A stretch of 64,000 bases of DNA, taken from contig ADNK01003301.1 in NCBI GenBank assembly GCA_000320545.1, forward strand, positions 5,605-69,604. Reading direction: 5' to 3'. Of this stretch, positions 24,163-37,190 are shown piece after piece. The first letter of the stretch is position 1. Each line of letters starts with the position of its first letter. The position numbers were made by a program, and so were the translations under genes. The notes beneath the pieces were generated by a model. It did no database searches. It saw only the letters and a list, made by a program, of their open reading frames with translations, and was not told the origin of the DNA. Source of the stretch: Bigelowiella natans CCMP2755 (lineage: Eukaryota; Protista; Cercozoa).

Positions 24163-27100
24163 CTATTTCTTCTTATGGCTCTTTTTCTTTCCATTCTTCT
24201 TTTTCTTCACTCTGCCATTCTCCTTGTTTGTCTTCGCGCTGGCGTTCTTCTCTTTACCGACCTTGCTCTTCTTGGCAGCAGATTTAGGACTGCTCTTATT
24301 GCCGTTGTCAGCAGAATTTCCGGCAAAGCTGATCTTTCGTTTCTGTCCCTTTTTTGTTTGGTTAGGTGTCTTTTTTTTCTTCTTGCTACTTTTTTTTTCT
24401 ACAGCATCATCGCGTTCATGGTTCACTTTGACTGCAACATCATCATTTTTGCTATCACGATTATCATGAACATCGTCGTCGCCGTTTCCTTCATCATCAT
24501 CGTCCCAGTTGCTTTCCATCTCCCCAAATCCTTCCAACCCTTCCCCGTCCTCCTCTTCGCCATCACCATTGTTGACATTTTCGAGGGGATCCTTAGTGAC
24601 TCGCACCAGAATCGCATCATTTTCGTCCGAATGGTCGTTATCATGATCATCTTCATCATCGCCGTCATCTTCATCACTGCTCTCTACTTCTGCCGGAAGA
24701 GCACCACCGCCGAGCAGATATTCATTCTTCCCACCATCGTTGATGGCTCTAGAGTCTGGTAACTCCTGAAGAATGGACGTCGATGCGAGCATATAGTCCA
24801 ACAGGTATGTTCGCTGTAATAGCTTGTCTAGACGCTTGAGGTGCCTTTCAGAGTACCTAGGAGGAGAGTGCTCTTTGTTATATAATACCATTTTAGTTCT
24901 TTATAATCACGTGATCATTGCATTAATTTACACCTAATCCTTACACCCATACATACTTATCCCCCCCGCTGGAACCTGATAATATGTTGCGCGGCTTCAC
25001 GGAGGGGCTGTCGTATTTCTGATGACACCGTCGTGTTTGCTCCGTCCAACAGTGCGTGCTCACGAAGGAGTCGAGAGAGCACAAAATGCGCCACGGGAAC
25101 GTAGTCAGTGTGCGTATTCCACTCGCGCGACCAAAGTACTATGCGAGCCCTTTCTTCAATTGTGCAATCTCCTAGAGCCTCACGTAACACCTCATCCGTG
25201 CTTGCGTGCCGGTAAAGGTGGCGAAAGATTTTAAACAGTTGTCGGGAATGTGAAAGCTTGAGCGCGATGCGAATAGCTTTTGCCCATTCCTTGTTCCGGA
25301 GGCAATTACGCAACTCTTGCTCTTTGAGGATATTATGCTCTCTCTCCATGCGTTCAGCCTCCTCTTCCTCCTCGGTTGCATCATGCCAGAACACGATTCG
25401 AGAGTCCTCGCCACCGGTCACGATGCTTCCGCCATCACCCCAACATCGCAGCGCCCAGATTTTGTCCTATGAGAGTAGGCGATGGTGGTCGAAACAGCAT
25501 AGAAAATCACGATCAACCCATTGAAGAGGAGGAGAACATCGAGACAGAGAGATAGGGGGTACGAAAATCTTATTTTTTCTCCCTTCTTCTTCACCTTCAA
25601 ACTCTATTTTCTACTAACACCGCCGTATCCGCTTTCTACCTCATGCGCCTCCTCCGCAAAGGTGTTAATGCATTCGTTTGTCTTTATGGTCCATAGTTTG
25701 ACCGCTGCATCGGAGCTGGCACTAAGGAGTTGAGTTCCTGCGTTGATAAAACAAACCTGCGTTACAGATGCCTCATGTCCCTGGAAGGTCCTTAGGCACG
25801 CGAAGTCTCCGTCTACAGCCCAGATCTTGATAGTTTGATCACCAGAGCTTGAGCAAACTACACGGTCAACAGGAGAGAATACCACAGACCACACGCCACG
25901 CTTATGGCCTTTGAGTGTAGCCAGAGGTGAGGTAAGATCATTCGCTTTCCATAGCTTCACAGTGCGGTCCGAAGAGCCGGTTGCTACCAGATTGTCATCA
26001 GCTGAGACCGCAAGTCCGTTGATGTCCTTCAAGTGTGCAACCACGCCATCTGCTGACTTCTTGAGCTCTTCGATTCCACCTGAGTCATCTGTGGAGGAGT
26101 GTGATGCCTCCTTGCCTTCTATCATCATCATCATCATCTTGTTCTTCTTCTTCTTCCTTCTTAGTAGCCTGCCATAGTCCCACCGCTTCAATGTTGTATC
26201 ACGTGATGTTGAGAAAAAATATGCATGTTGAGGGAGGCGGCAGCATGCAACAGCACCAATACCCTTCGTGTGACCCGATACTACTCCTACACACACCGGT
26301 GGATGCAATATTCTCACTGTTGAAGAACCACCTAAGAGATACGAGAAAACATCAAGATGATAAATCAAGAAAACTCGGAGGTCTCCTACTTTGATAAAAT
26401 GGTGCATGTGTATGAATACCTGGCACGTTGGCCTTCTCGATCGTTACAGTTCCAGCTTCGTTGAGCCGCCACAGCCTGATAGTAGTATCTTTTGACCCAG
26501 AGAGTAGAAAGCGGTTGTCGGCGGAGATGCAGAGAGAAATCACGGTATCGTTATGCCCAACTAGTAGACGAGCGTTGAGGGTTTTCACATCATAAACCCG
26601 AATAACAGGAGAGTTAGTTGCGACAAATACTGCATCGCCTTCCACATTCTCTGTGAATCCACTCGCTCTCTCCGTGCCGTCATTGTCCTCATCGGAATTC
26701 TCATCCCTCTCCTTGTACTTTTGGCCGTCGACTCTCCTTTTTTCTTCGTCTTCATCGCCGTTATTCCCCGACCCCACCGCTTTCAGGATGGTGGATAATG
26801 GTGCCCATGCGATGTCCAGTATCTCATCATTATGGCCAATGACAATCCGCGATTGATGAAATCCCATAAGGCTATGGAACCGAATATTGTGCTCCTGGGT
26901 CGAAGTCACCACTGCCCCTCCTCCTTCGACAGCATCGGCGAGAAACATCTGGAGTATGTGCGTCTTGGCTTTCTCCTGTTTGTTGTTTTGCCCCTCGCCA
27001 TCCATTCTGACATTGCTGTTATTGTCACTATTCTTATCGTGTTTGTCGAGGCTTTTGCTGAACTCCATCGTCATCTTTTTCGTGTTCCATATCTTAAGGA

Positions 27101-27957
27101 CCCCCTTCTCACCTCCAGTTGCAATATAACACTCGCCAAGCTTGGATCCTTCAAACAGGACGCTTGGTGGTAACGATATAACACCTTCCAGCTCCTCGTA
27201 TACGGGTGTAGTGCGCAGCAAGGAGTAGTCGGACGTGTCCCACGTGTTGATTACCTTATCTCGACCTACTGTGAACATCCTCTTACCATCATAGCTGAAG
27301 GCCAAGCCCGTTGCGCTTTGAACGTGATCATCCAGTGTTCTAACACGGCGCGAATATAGTTCGGAAACCCGTATCTCACCACCTTCGGAGAGGGAAACAA
27401 CCTCCATTCTGGTACTTGTGAAATGAGGTCGGAATAAGAGTCTAGTCACTGTTCCTTGATGTCCTGTGAAACGATGCGTGCAGTGACCAGTGGCTATATC
27501 CCAAACCCTAACGCTGCGATCGGTACTGCCTGTGGCAACAAGTGTTCCAGTGGGATCTGTCTCCATTGACAGCACCGGAAGTTGGTGGCCCTTCCACGAC
27601 TTAATCTTTTTGCCTTCATTGCTTAAGTCCCAAGTCGTTAGTAGAAGACTCTGGGCGCTAGTGATAAGAGTCTTGCCCTTCGGATCCACAGCAAATGTGA
27701 TAAAATTGTCGCTTTCGCCTGCCTCAATTTTGAGTGTGACTTGCCTGAGTAGTTGAGTTATTCTCTCAGCTATAAAACAATTAAGTTTTAGACTTACACA
27801 ACACTCACCCATCATCAATGTTGGAGATCGCAACGTCTCCATTACACCAGCAGAATAACCGAGACTGATCTTTTTGAGCTATACAAATTTTGCCTCCGGT
27901 GTAGCATGCCTGGATCGAACGATCCGTTTGGTAGGTTTTAGAAAGACGATTTCTCAT
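24163..27957 (-). CDS. UTP13: U3 snoRNP WD40 protein UTP13/TBL3; multi-exon
   Basis: N-terminal YTGGK; many WD40 repeats (GHNDEILD, VFVATNS, AHLKDINGLAVS, LKGHKRGVWSVVFSPVDRVVCSSSGDQTIKIW); Utp13 C-terminal domain (EQELRN, WNTHT, YSERHLKRLDKLLQRTYLLDY). Confidence 0.93.
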
Positions 27958-28771
27958 GTGAGTGCGATGGGTTCCAGCGATGAGAATTTGTTCAGCTCAG
28001 AGCACAAACAGCGCACCTACATCCATTGCCATATGAAGATTATGGTATGAGATTAGGAACTCACAAACTACGATGACCTATGATCCAAGTTTACTCGCCA
28101 GGGGAGTCAGTAACTCCACGAGGGGTCATCGTCATTATTCATTCTCCAGGCTCATCTTGCCCGTTCTGTCCTCCGAACAACAAAAGGTACGACAATGAAC
28201 AAGGAATTTGCGATGTTCATTTACTGATATATGGAGCATGAACATGTCGCACTTACCAAAAGACATTCCATAAAACAAGAAAATCAGACTCGAAGGCATT
28301 TGCAAAGGCAAGATCGTCTTTCACAGGAGGTGAAGTTGAGCAGTTCCTGATGCAATAATTCAATTCGGGGAATTCATCGGAGGTTAAACAAACTTAATTT
28401 AGCGGCTAAGGCCGTACCTTGTGACTCCAAGAACGAAAAGTTTCAATAAAGTTCATTAAATCCCGGTATTGAACATAATAATTGAAAAATCGAGGGCATT
28501 ATTTACATAACTAAAGGCTTTACAGCTAATATGGACATTTTCTCTGGGTAGTGAGTGTTTGAATAACCTGAAAATCTCTCGGTGAGCATGCGCCTCCCCC
28601 ACCGCCCCCAATACCTTTTTCTTTAAATGACAGACGGTGAAATCATGGGACTTTACCTTTAGAATTGATTCCTAATCAGTTTCAACACTTTCCCATGTTG
28701 TACAGAGAATTTTAAACATCATCTGACATGCAGATCGTTGTTTCTCAGCCACACAAGTAGCTCCAGCCATC

Positions 28772-29605
28772 ATGGACTCTAAGAAAGAAATGGAGGTGAT
28801 CGAACCCAAAGAAATCTCCAAGAAGAAAAAGTTCGTTTCCGACGGTGTTTTTTACGCTGAGTTAAATGAATTTCTCTCTCGTGAGCTTGGAGAGGATGGA
28901 TATTCAGGAGTTGAGGTGCGAGGTCCTGCTCGCCGCAGAGAAATCATCATTAAGGCAACCCGCACCCAGCATGTTATCGGAGAAAATGGAAGGCGCATCC
29001 GGGAGCTTACCTCCCTAATTGAGAAGCGTTTTGGCTTTGCTGATGGTCAAGTCAAGCTTTTCGCTGAGAAGGTGAGGAACCGTGGACTGTGCGCTATCGC
29101 TCAGGCAGAATCGCTTTGTTACAAACTCATGGAAGGTATGGCTGTGAGACGGGCGTGCTACGGAGTTCTTCGTTTTATCATGGAAAGTGACGCTAAGGGA
29201 TGTGAAATCATCGTTTCGGGTAAATTGCGTGCACAACGTGCTAAAAGTATGAAATTCAAGGACGGATACATGATCACATCTGGTGACGCTGCAATCCACT
29301 ACATTGACGAGGCTGTCCGCAGTATCAAGATGAAACAGGGTGTTTTGGGAATTAAGGTGAAAATCATGCTTCCGTATGACGCTACAGGCAAAGTTGGATG
29401 CAAAGTTACACAGCCTGATGTTGTGACTGTCCTTGAACCTAAAGCGGAGAAACCACTGGATATCCCACCCAAAACCGGATATTCTGAAGATATGAGAAAG
29501 AAGGATCCAACACCTATGGAACAACCTGATGCTGGTATGTCTCAACCAATGTCTCAGCCAGCTGATATGTCACAAGGACAAATGGCACAACCTGTTCACG
29601 GTTAG
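28772..29605 (+). CDS. RPS3: 40S ribosomal protein uS3 (RPS3), intronless CDS, probable 5'UTR intron 28582-28748
   Basis: [68 protein letters not shown]. Confidence 0.98.
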   Translation: MDSKKEMEVIEPKEISKKKKFVSDGVFYAELNEFLSRELGEDGYSGVEVRGPARRREIIIKATRTQHVIGENGRRIRELTSLIEKRFGFADGQVKLFAEKVRNRGLCAIAQAESLCYKLMEGMAVRRACYGVLRFIMESDAKGCEIIVSGKLRAQRAKSMKFKDGYMITSGDAAIHYIDEAVRSIKMKQGVLGIKVKIMLPYDATGKVGCKVTQPDVVTVLEPKAEKPLDIPPKTGYSEDMRKKDPTPMEQPDAGMSQPMSQPADMSQGQMAQPVHG

Positions 29606-29729
29606 CTGCTAAATGTATTAGTTTACAAGTTATCATCATCAATGATATGAATTCATCAACCAGATAAGTATCTTGCGATATAGCTGCAACAACATAAAAG
29701 TTAGAAATAGGATTACTTTTCTATAATAT

Positions 29730-29910
<181 letters not shown>

Positions 29911-29919
29911 ACATACATA

Positions 29920-30720
29920 CTCATTGAGATGCACAAAATCTTGCGATAGCGCGGTCAGAGCTACGCTATTACCTGTCACGAACACAAGCGACGTTGCATC
30001 ATTGTGATGCATGTCGGACTGCTGCAGCTCTTGAGCGCTGCAAACATCGCATGCCCGCATGGCATCACGGGATCGGCACGTGCACATCAGACGAAGCGAT
30101 TAAATCTTTTCAATGATTTCATCCTGATGCACAACTGTGTGCAACAAAACAGCGCTAGAGCGTCTACGCACGGCACTCGCTCATGCTAGCATGCATCACA
30201 TCTACGTATACGTATGTACGTGGACATGCTAGCATGCGTGAGACAATGCATCGATGCATGCGATCGCGATGCGATGCGCAATGAATGCGAAGTCATGTTC
30301 GTGCAATTCATGTTTTCATGCAATGGTCACATCTAAACAGCTAGCATGCCAACATCTGTGTAGCAATATCGGGATGGCATGCACGCACGAACTCATCTAG
30401 CTAGCTTGTGACAACATGCACATGCTAGCATGACATGCGTGCACACATGTGAACATGCAATTCTGATTCAAATTTGTTGCAAAATGTGCAGAATTGAATG
30501 CATGCATGCGACACGTGCGCTACGCATGTGCGTACGTGTGGACTACATGTTTGACTACATGCTTGCAAATCATGGCATGCTTGTGCTACAGCGAGCTTGT
30601 CAACCAGAGCGTGCACTGTGCACAGCTACTGGCTGAATGAATGTTTTGCATGTGAATGCATGAACATAGGGCATCTTTACACTGCGACATGATCCTAAGT
30701 TGACAATTTGTTGTCGCTGT
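29920..30720. other. TpA-poor, GCATGC/CTAG-rich island with a degenerate element 3' end at ~30085-30155
   Basis: ttaaatcttttcaatgatttcatcctgatgc resembles the element terminus; dense catg/tgca/ctag. Confidence 0.6.
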
Positions 30721-30862
30721 CTCTAAGTAGCGTCCTGCTGCCTCGTCTCCTCCCCAAAAATTGTGACAAAAAGTAGTTCGTCCACCTCTCATGGTCACCG
30801 GTCCCCATGCTGGACAACAAAACTTCAGTTAAAACGTTTTTTTGTTGAACAATTTGAAACTC

Positions 30863-32428
30863 ATGGGTTTCATGTTCTTTTTAGTCTGCATCCTAATGCA
30901 GTGTATTGACGCTTCGGATTCGTTTGTATTTGGAACTGCATCGGCCTCATGGCAATACGAAGGCAAGCAGCATGTTGGAGGAAGGGGTCCTTCAATTTGG
31001 GAAGATTACTGTGGGGGTGTAACACCTGCTGGAAACCCCAATTGTAATGGAGGGCTTGCGCCTGGGGCGATCGCTGTTGATCAATACAACTTAAGCAGGC
31101 TTCAAAATGACATTACTCTCATGCAGGATTTGGGTACCACAGCCTACCGCTTGTCTCTATCTTGGTCACGAATTATGCCCACTGGACGCTTTCCTGTAGC
31201 TCAAGTTGGAATTTCACATTATAAGAAAGTACTTCGCATGCTCAATGAAGCTGGCATTGAGCCATGGGTTACCCTTTTCCATTTCGATCTTCCCGCGGTT
31301 CTTGAACGAGAGGATAATGGCTGGCTTAACCGGACTATGGCTGATAGATTTGAAAGTTATGCTCAAATCTGCTTTCAAGAGTTTGGCCCACTTGTGAACA
31401 AATGGATAACAATTAATGAAGCCCACACAATTGCAACTGCTGGATATTTATATGGAAATGCAGCTCCTGGGCGGTGTTCTAATAGATCTTTTTGTGCACA
31501 GGGGAATGGCACCACAGAACCTTACATCGTTGCTCATAATTTACTAAGAGCTCATGCAAAGGCAGTTGATATTTTTCGAAAAATGCAAAAAAACGCACCG
31601 GAACTTATCAGAAAAGACAGCAGCATAACCATGGTCATATCAGGGGATTGGACAGAGCCATGGGACAAAGAAAACCAAAGAGATGTAGAGGCAGCGCAGA
31701 GGCGGCAGGAGTTTCAGATTGGTTGGTTTGGTGACCCAGTATTCTTCGGTGATTACCCTGAAAGTATGAAGCTTGGAGTTGGAGGTGGAAGGCTCCCTGA
31801 ATTTACTAATGAAGAAAAAAAGATGCTGAGAGGGTCAATAGATTATTTCGCCCTAAATCACTACACCAGTCGATATGGACAAGCCCCACATAGCAAAGAG
31901 TGCATTAAGAGAAACGGCAGTGGTGCAAATTTAACAGGGGGCATGGGATGGGACGAAGACCAATGCTGTGTCGCACTCACAGAAAACAGTTCAGGTAAAC
32001 AAATTGGAGCTCGTCCAGCTGGATCAGACTGGCTGTACTCTGTTCCCTGGGGATTTCGCCGTTTACTTAGCTGGGTAGGAAAACGTTATCCTGGATATCA
32101 TTTGGTTGTGACAGAAAATGGTTGTGTCGATCCTTTACCTGTACTACTACCAGAATCCTCAAAGAGAGCGTTGAATGACACATTCAGGATAAACTATTTC
32201 CGTGAATATTTAAAAGCTTTGACAGAAGCGAAATTTATAGATAATGTAGACGTCCGAGGGTATTTTATTTGGAGTTTACTTGATAACGTAGAATGGGGAG
32301 ATGGATTTCGAGACCATTTCGGTTTACATTCTGTGGACTACCCTTCATTGATTCGCAAACCAAAAGAGAGCGCAATTTGGATATCTAATTACATTCTAAA
32401 TTGGCACAATATAACTTCAAATCAATAA
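30863..32428 (+). CDS. Secreted glycoside hydrolase family 1 beta-glucosidase, intronless
   Basis: FVFGTASASWQYEG, AYRLSLSWSRIMP, VTLFHFDLP, TINEA (acid/base Glu), VTENG (nucleophile), WSLLDNVEW; N-terminal signal peptide MGFMFFLVCILMQCIDA. Confidence 0.95.
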   Translation: MGFMFFLVCILMQCIDASDSFVFGTASASWQYEGKQHVGGRGPSIWEDYCGGVTPAGNPNCNGGLAPGAIAVDQYNLSRLQNDITLMQDLGTTAYRLSLSWSRIMPTGRFPVAQVGISHYKKVLRMLNEAGIEPWVTLFHFDLPAVLEREDNGWLNRTMADRFESYAQICFQEFGPLVNKWITINEAHTIATAGYLYGNAAPGRCSNRSFCAQGNGTTEPYIVAHNLLRAHAKAVDIFRKMQKNAPELIRKDSSITMVISGDWTEPWDKENQRDVEAAQRRQEFQIGWFGDPVFFGDYPESMKLGVGGGRLPEFTNEEKKMLRGSIDYFALNHYTSRYGQAPHSKECIKRNGSGANLTGGMGWDEDQCCVALTENSSGKQIGARPAGSDWLYSVPWGFRRLLSWVGKRYPGYHLVVTENGCVDPLPVLLPESSKRALNDTFRINYFREYLKALTEAKFIDNVDVRGYFIWSLLDNVEWGDGFRDHFGLHSVDYPSLIRKPKESAIWISNYILNWHNITSNQ

Positions 32429-32689
32429 TAATTGTCTTAGAAGGTTTTTAATGATAAATTGGAACATTTTAGTAAACCTATGGTAGCTTCAATAAACAAA
32501 CAAGACGGAAGTAAATGTAGATTTAAACTGAGAACTTGAGTAGTACATTGTTGATAAGATAGTATAATGGGATTGTGGAAAAATAGCATTTTCTTGGTTA
32601 CCGCTCGTGAATTCTATGGTGATGAGTTTCTCTTTGAGGTTCGAGGAGGTAACACGGTGCACAGTGGACGAGTATAGCTTTACATAGAG

Positions 32690-33200
32690 CTAGCTATAGC
32701 CAGCTACTTGTTTTACTATGTTGCATCGCTTCTGCCGCACATTGTACTACACGTACTACAGTATGCCAATCGCGTGCACATTGCGCGCACATGCAATGAT
32801 GTCGACTGTGGCATCTTATCTAGCTGATCACATAGATGGGCGCGAGGTCTAATCATCCACATGTATGCGTTGTGTGACCCTGCATGTCAGCGGTGTGCTG
32901 GACAATCCCTTGTCCCTTCAGCACTGCATGGTTTGCTAAATGTGGCGTTTGTTGCCAAGTTGTGCGCCATCACATATAAATAGCAAACAACAAACGCAAA
33001 CTAGCGCTGACTGTACACAAAGCGCTGTTGCAAAATAACAGAAGCTCGCTAGCTCGCACCGCTGTTGCATGGTGGTGGCGAAGTGGGACATATCGCACAT
33101 GCGTCGTGGCCACATGCACATTTACTACGCTCTCATGTGTGCTTATTTAGCTAGGTAGGAACACATATAGACATGTATGTGCAAAGGCCGAAGGTACGTG
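32690..33200. other. Repeat-like spacer enriched in CATG/TGCA/CTAG between convergent genes
   Basis: Same texture as the other islands, with less complete TpA loss. Confidence 0.45.
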
Positions 33201-33296
33201 AAGGCTGCGTCATATATGTACAAAGATTGTTTTGATCGTGATTTCACATTGTTTACTTTTTTGAATACACTTAATTGTATATTCATGCTTAATCAA

Positions 33297-36200
33297 TTAT
33301 TTGTGACAACTTAATGCATGATCCGACAAGATTTCCTCTACGAGGTCCTTGCAACGCTGCTGGGCTATAAGCTGTGCCTTCAAGCGTAATTCACGTATAA
33401 GAGCCATATGATTTTTCTCACTGTAACACCATCTGCCACGAGAATCTTCCTTAGGGAGATCTACCGTTCTTCTCTTACTTTGACACATATCATTGCGTGA
33501 TTTTTGTTTTTTAAGCGGCGAGTTAGAAGAGCAACGACGCACCGAGATTCCTACAATAGCTGCGAGAAATGCTAGGTCCTTTATTCCTACCCTGAGGCTT
33601 CCAATGGGCGATCTTCCTTTTAAAGAAAGCAACAAAGGCGATGTTTCGATACCTTCAGCGTTCGCTGCTGCCGCGCATATCTGCGAAACTTCTAGTTCGG
33701 AGAGAGGAAATGCAGTCGCCGGCCTTACATTAATTTTGCTTGCAGCACTAGGTAGATGTCCTCCTTCAACTACAACAGCACCCTTCTGCTGATACTTGCA
33801 ACTAGCGCTGAGAATATCTTGCTTGTGCTGTTTCTTCTCACTCTGATTTTTGTTGTTGCGAGCTTGTTTTGTCTTGAATGCTATTCTTCCTGTTGTTTTG
33901 ATTATTTGTGGTAACGGCACTGGCTTAATGACTATCTTCTTAGCAGTCGATGCTTCTGTTGTTGTTGTTTCTCCATCATAAGATTTATTGTCACTGAGTA
34001 GATTTGGACTCTCTGCGATGAGATACCAAGACCGAAACCGCCTAGATCCACCTTCAGCATAGACCCAAGGTCCCTTTTTCTCTTTATCGCTTATTTGAAT
34101 CATTGTAGAAAACAATTTGTCTGTATCTATTGGAATCCAGCCTGCCGCTGTGTCTCCATCATCATCATCATCATCATCATGATCCGGGTCTCTAGAGCGG
34201 TGGTGCTCATTATTATTGTGCCATACCATCCCAGGAGGAGGAAGCAACCACAGGGCAGAAGAAGAAGAGGTGGAGGATGACCCGCTTGAACGACTGTACG
34301 GGAGGGGCACCTTGAATGATGGGTCACATGCCCAAGTATAGCCGTCAGTTGGTAACAATGCGTCAGACCAGCCAATATCATGATACAAGCGTTGTTGCCG
34401 GAAAATCTCAACACGCTTATAGTAATCTCTTAGTACTCCCAACGCTTCTGTTTGGGTGACGCCGTCATCGTAGCCATAATTAACAACATCTTCCTTAGTG
34501 TCCATGTTTCTATCAGTACTTCCCCAATAAGTCATCCAGCGCACCCATTTACGAACTCTTAAATATTTATGTGTCTGTGGTTGTTTGGGACTTCTACTAC
34601 TACTACTACTACTTTCACCACGGATCAGATAGTCCTCGCTATAAAAGGAGCTGTCACCACCCTCATCACTACTACCACCACCACCACCACCACCATACCT
34701 TCCTCCTCCTACTTCATTTTCAATATTATTATTGTGGTCACCATTACTATCCTTTTTGCATTCATTCGTTCCAGTTGTATTACTTCTTTCACCCTTGTTC
34801 TTATCGGTGATGGACGATGAAGAAACACAAGCATTTCTTCGCAAATAGATCCAACCATCCTTGCCACTTGTATTCACAAGGTCCACTCGCCATCCATGCA
34901 CTCCATCAACAGGATGTGCCCCCCATCTCATTCCTGGTACTGCTCCCTGCTTTTCCGCACACTGACGGGTTGTGAGGTGAAATAATGGTGGAAGATACTT
35001 ATGGTACGACTTATGATGAAAGCAGTGCTGCTGCTGATAGGAAGAAGCCATTGATGCTGGCCATCGATGCCACCCAAGGGGTTCCCATGTAGTAGTAGTA
35101 GTAGTAGTAGTAGTAGTCTCTTGTTGCTTGTTGTCCTTTGCTGTCGTTTTCTTGCTACTACCAGTATTATTGTTGCGGTGGACATTTCTCAGAAGGACTT
35201 GAAACTCTAGGATGACAGCATGTTTACCCCCTTGCTGCCGCGTTTTCTTGCCTCGATTATTCATGATCATCATCGTTGGGGGAGGTCCTGCACGTGGTGC
35301 CCCCAGATAGTTAGTGCTCAGGATGGCACCTTGTACCTCAAGGAAACATAGGCATTTCCAAGCTGCGACACAGCGGCTGACAGTCTCACAGAAGGATGCA
35401 ACTCCAAAAGGAGGAGAAGAAGAGAGTAGTATATCAGAGGATGGGGGGCGGGCGCATATTTTTGTATCTAGCATCTTTCTTATGGCCGCTGCGATTTGCT
35501 TGTACAGCAGCAGCTGTTGCGTTGGTTGCGAGCTATTGGCGCCCACAGGACTACTCTTCCTCCTCCCTCTCCTCCTACTACTACTACGATTAGCGCCGAC
35601 AGCATCATTGTAGAGAGACAGGATGGAGGCGGCAAGAGCATTAGCATTATCATCACGTTCTCCTTCAATAGCTGCAATTTCTGGATTTTCAGAGTGGTAG
35701 TAGTAGTGATAGTACTGATGGTAGTAATGCGAGTCGCCGTTGTAGTAGCAGCCATATCCATCGTCACCGAACATTCTACGAGCTACAACAGGTATCTGTT
35801 GGTGTGCCCAGAGCAATGTTCCATGCTTCTCGATAGTATCAATTGTTGCTGCCCTCATCATGGTTTTGTCAACTAAGGGAAGGGATTTTGCTATGGCTGC
35901 TTTGAGTTTCAGCTGCTCTTCCATCCACACTAAATGTATGATCTGCATATAACTACTAGTTTGAACTTCTTTATGATGATACTGATGATGCAGGAAATCA
36001 ACCTTATTACCTTGAATATTAGCACCTTCATCACCATCACTAGTACGATTTCTCTTGACATCAGAGCTTTTGATATTTTCAGCATCCATTGTTTGCTTAG
36101 AGGATGATGTTGAGGCGGGGGAGGCGGTGTCTGTGAAAGAAATATGATGATTGGGAGGACCATCATCAATGCCCCTGCTGCAGGAGGAGAAAAGGCTGCT

Positions 36201-37156
36201 GCTGCTGCTGCTGTTGCTGCTGTGACTAGCTAATTTGTTTGTAAGCATCAAGTAATAACGGGGGGATTTAGGTAATGTGTCTTTCGTCCATATCCATTCT
36301 GAGTAAAACTTGGAAGATGCATTTTCGTCACCGTCTTGTAACAAGGATGCCAAAATTCTATAAAGCGCTTTGTAGTCATTCAAATTCAGTGCTGCAGTTT
36401 GCGAGATGGACGACGATGACTCCTCCTCGTCCTCCTCCCCCTCCAGAGAGGAAGTTGCCCAGGTTATCAGTTGCAAAATGGATGGTTCAACATCATTATT
36501 ATGATGAGCGGTGGTGCTCCTCTTTATCGTGATAAATCTAATCACTGCTTTCCAGTATTTGTTCTGTACCAGATTCATAAAATGACTACTGCTCATATAG
36601 TGCTTGCAGTAAAAATTGTATTCACTGTGTAAGTAGTCATAGTTTTTGTCTTCGATTGCGGGAAAATTACCACCCCAAATGTGACGGCTGCGATGGAGAC
36701 GACGACGATAATAATAACTTTGATGATACACGATTCTCCACGGCCTCCCTGATCTAAACGGTCGAGGTCTTACATGGAAGTTCCATGATCCTTCTTCCAA
36801 GAGTCTCACAAGTTGTGTTTGCTCTAGTCTAGTGTTAGTTGATAATGCTGATGACAAGGACGGTGACGACGACGACGACGATGATGATAATGATGGCGAC
36901 GCGTTTGTGCGTGATCGTACGATAATATTCAAGCAATGATGATCCTGTCCGAATAAGAAGTGGAATGGTAGAGATGGTGCACACGTTGAGGAGGAGGAGG
37001 AGGAGGAGGAGGAGGAGGAGGATGTGCTTGTTGCTTTGGGAGTAGTACTAGCAGTGGTAGCAGTGACTTTGAAGTGCCAGAGTAGGTTCCAAAATACCCT
37101 AGATTGCCTATTCCAGATCGTTGGCAATATATCCCTCCATCCCCACCCTCCAGATG

Positions 37157-37190
<34 letters not shown>

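Noticed and set aside
28560-28771. Spliced targeting leader on RPS3 (nucleomorph-targeted copy)
   Set aside because: The putative upstream exon has an in-frame TGA just before the donor; treated as 5'UTR.
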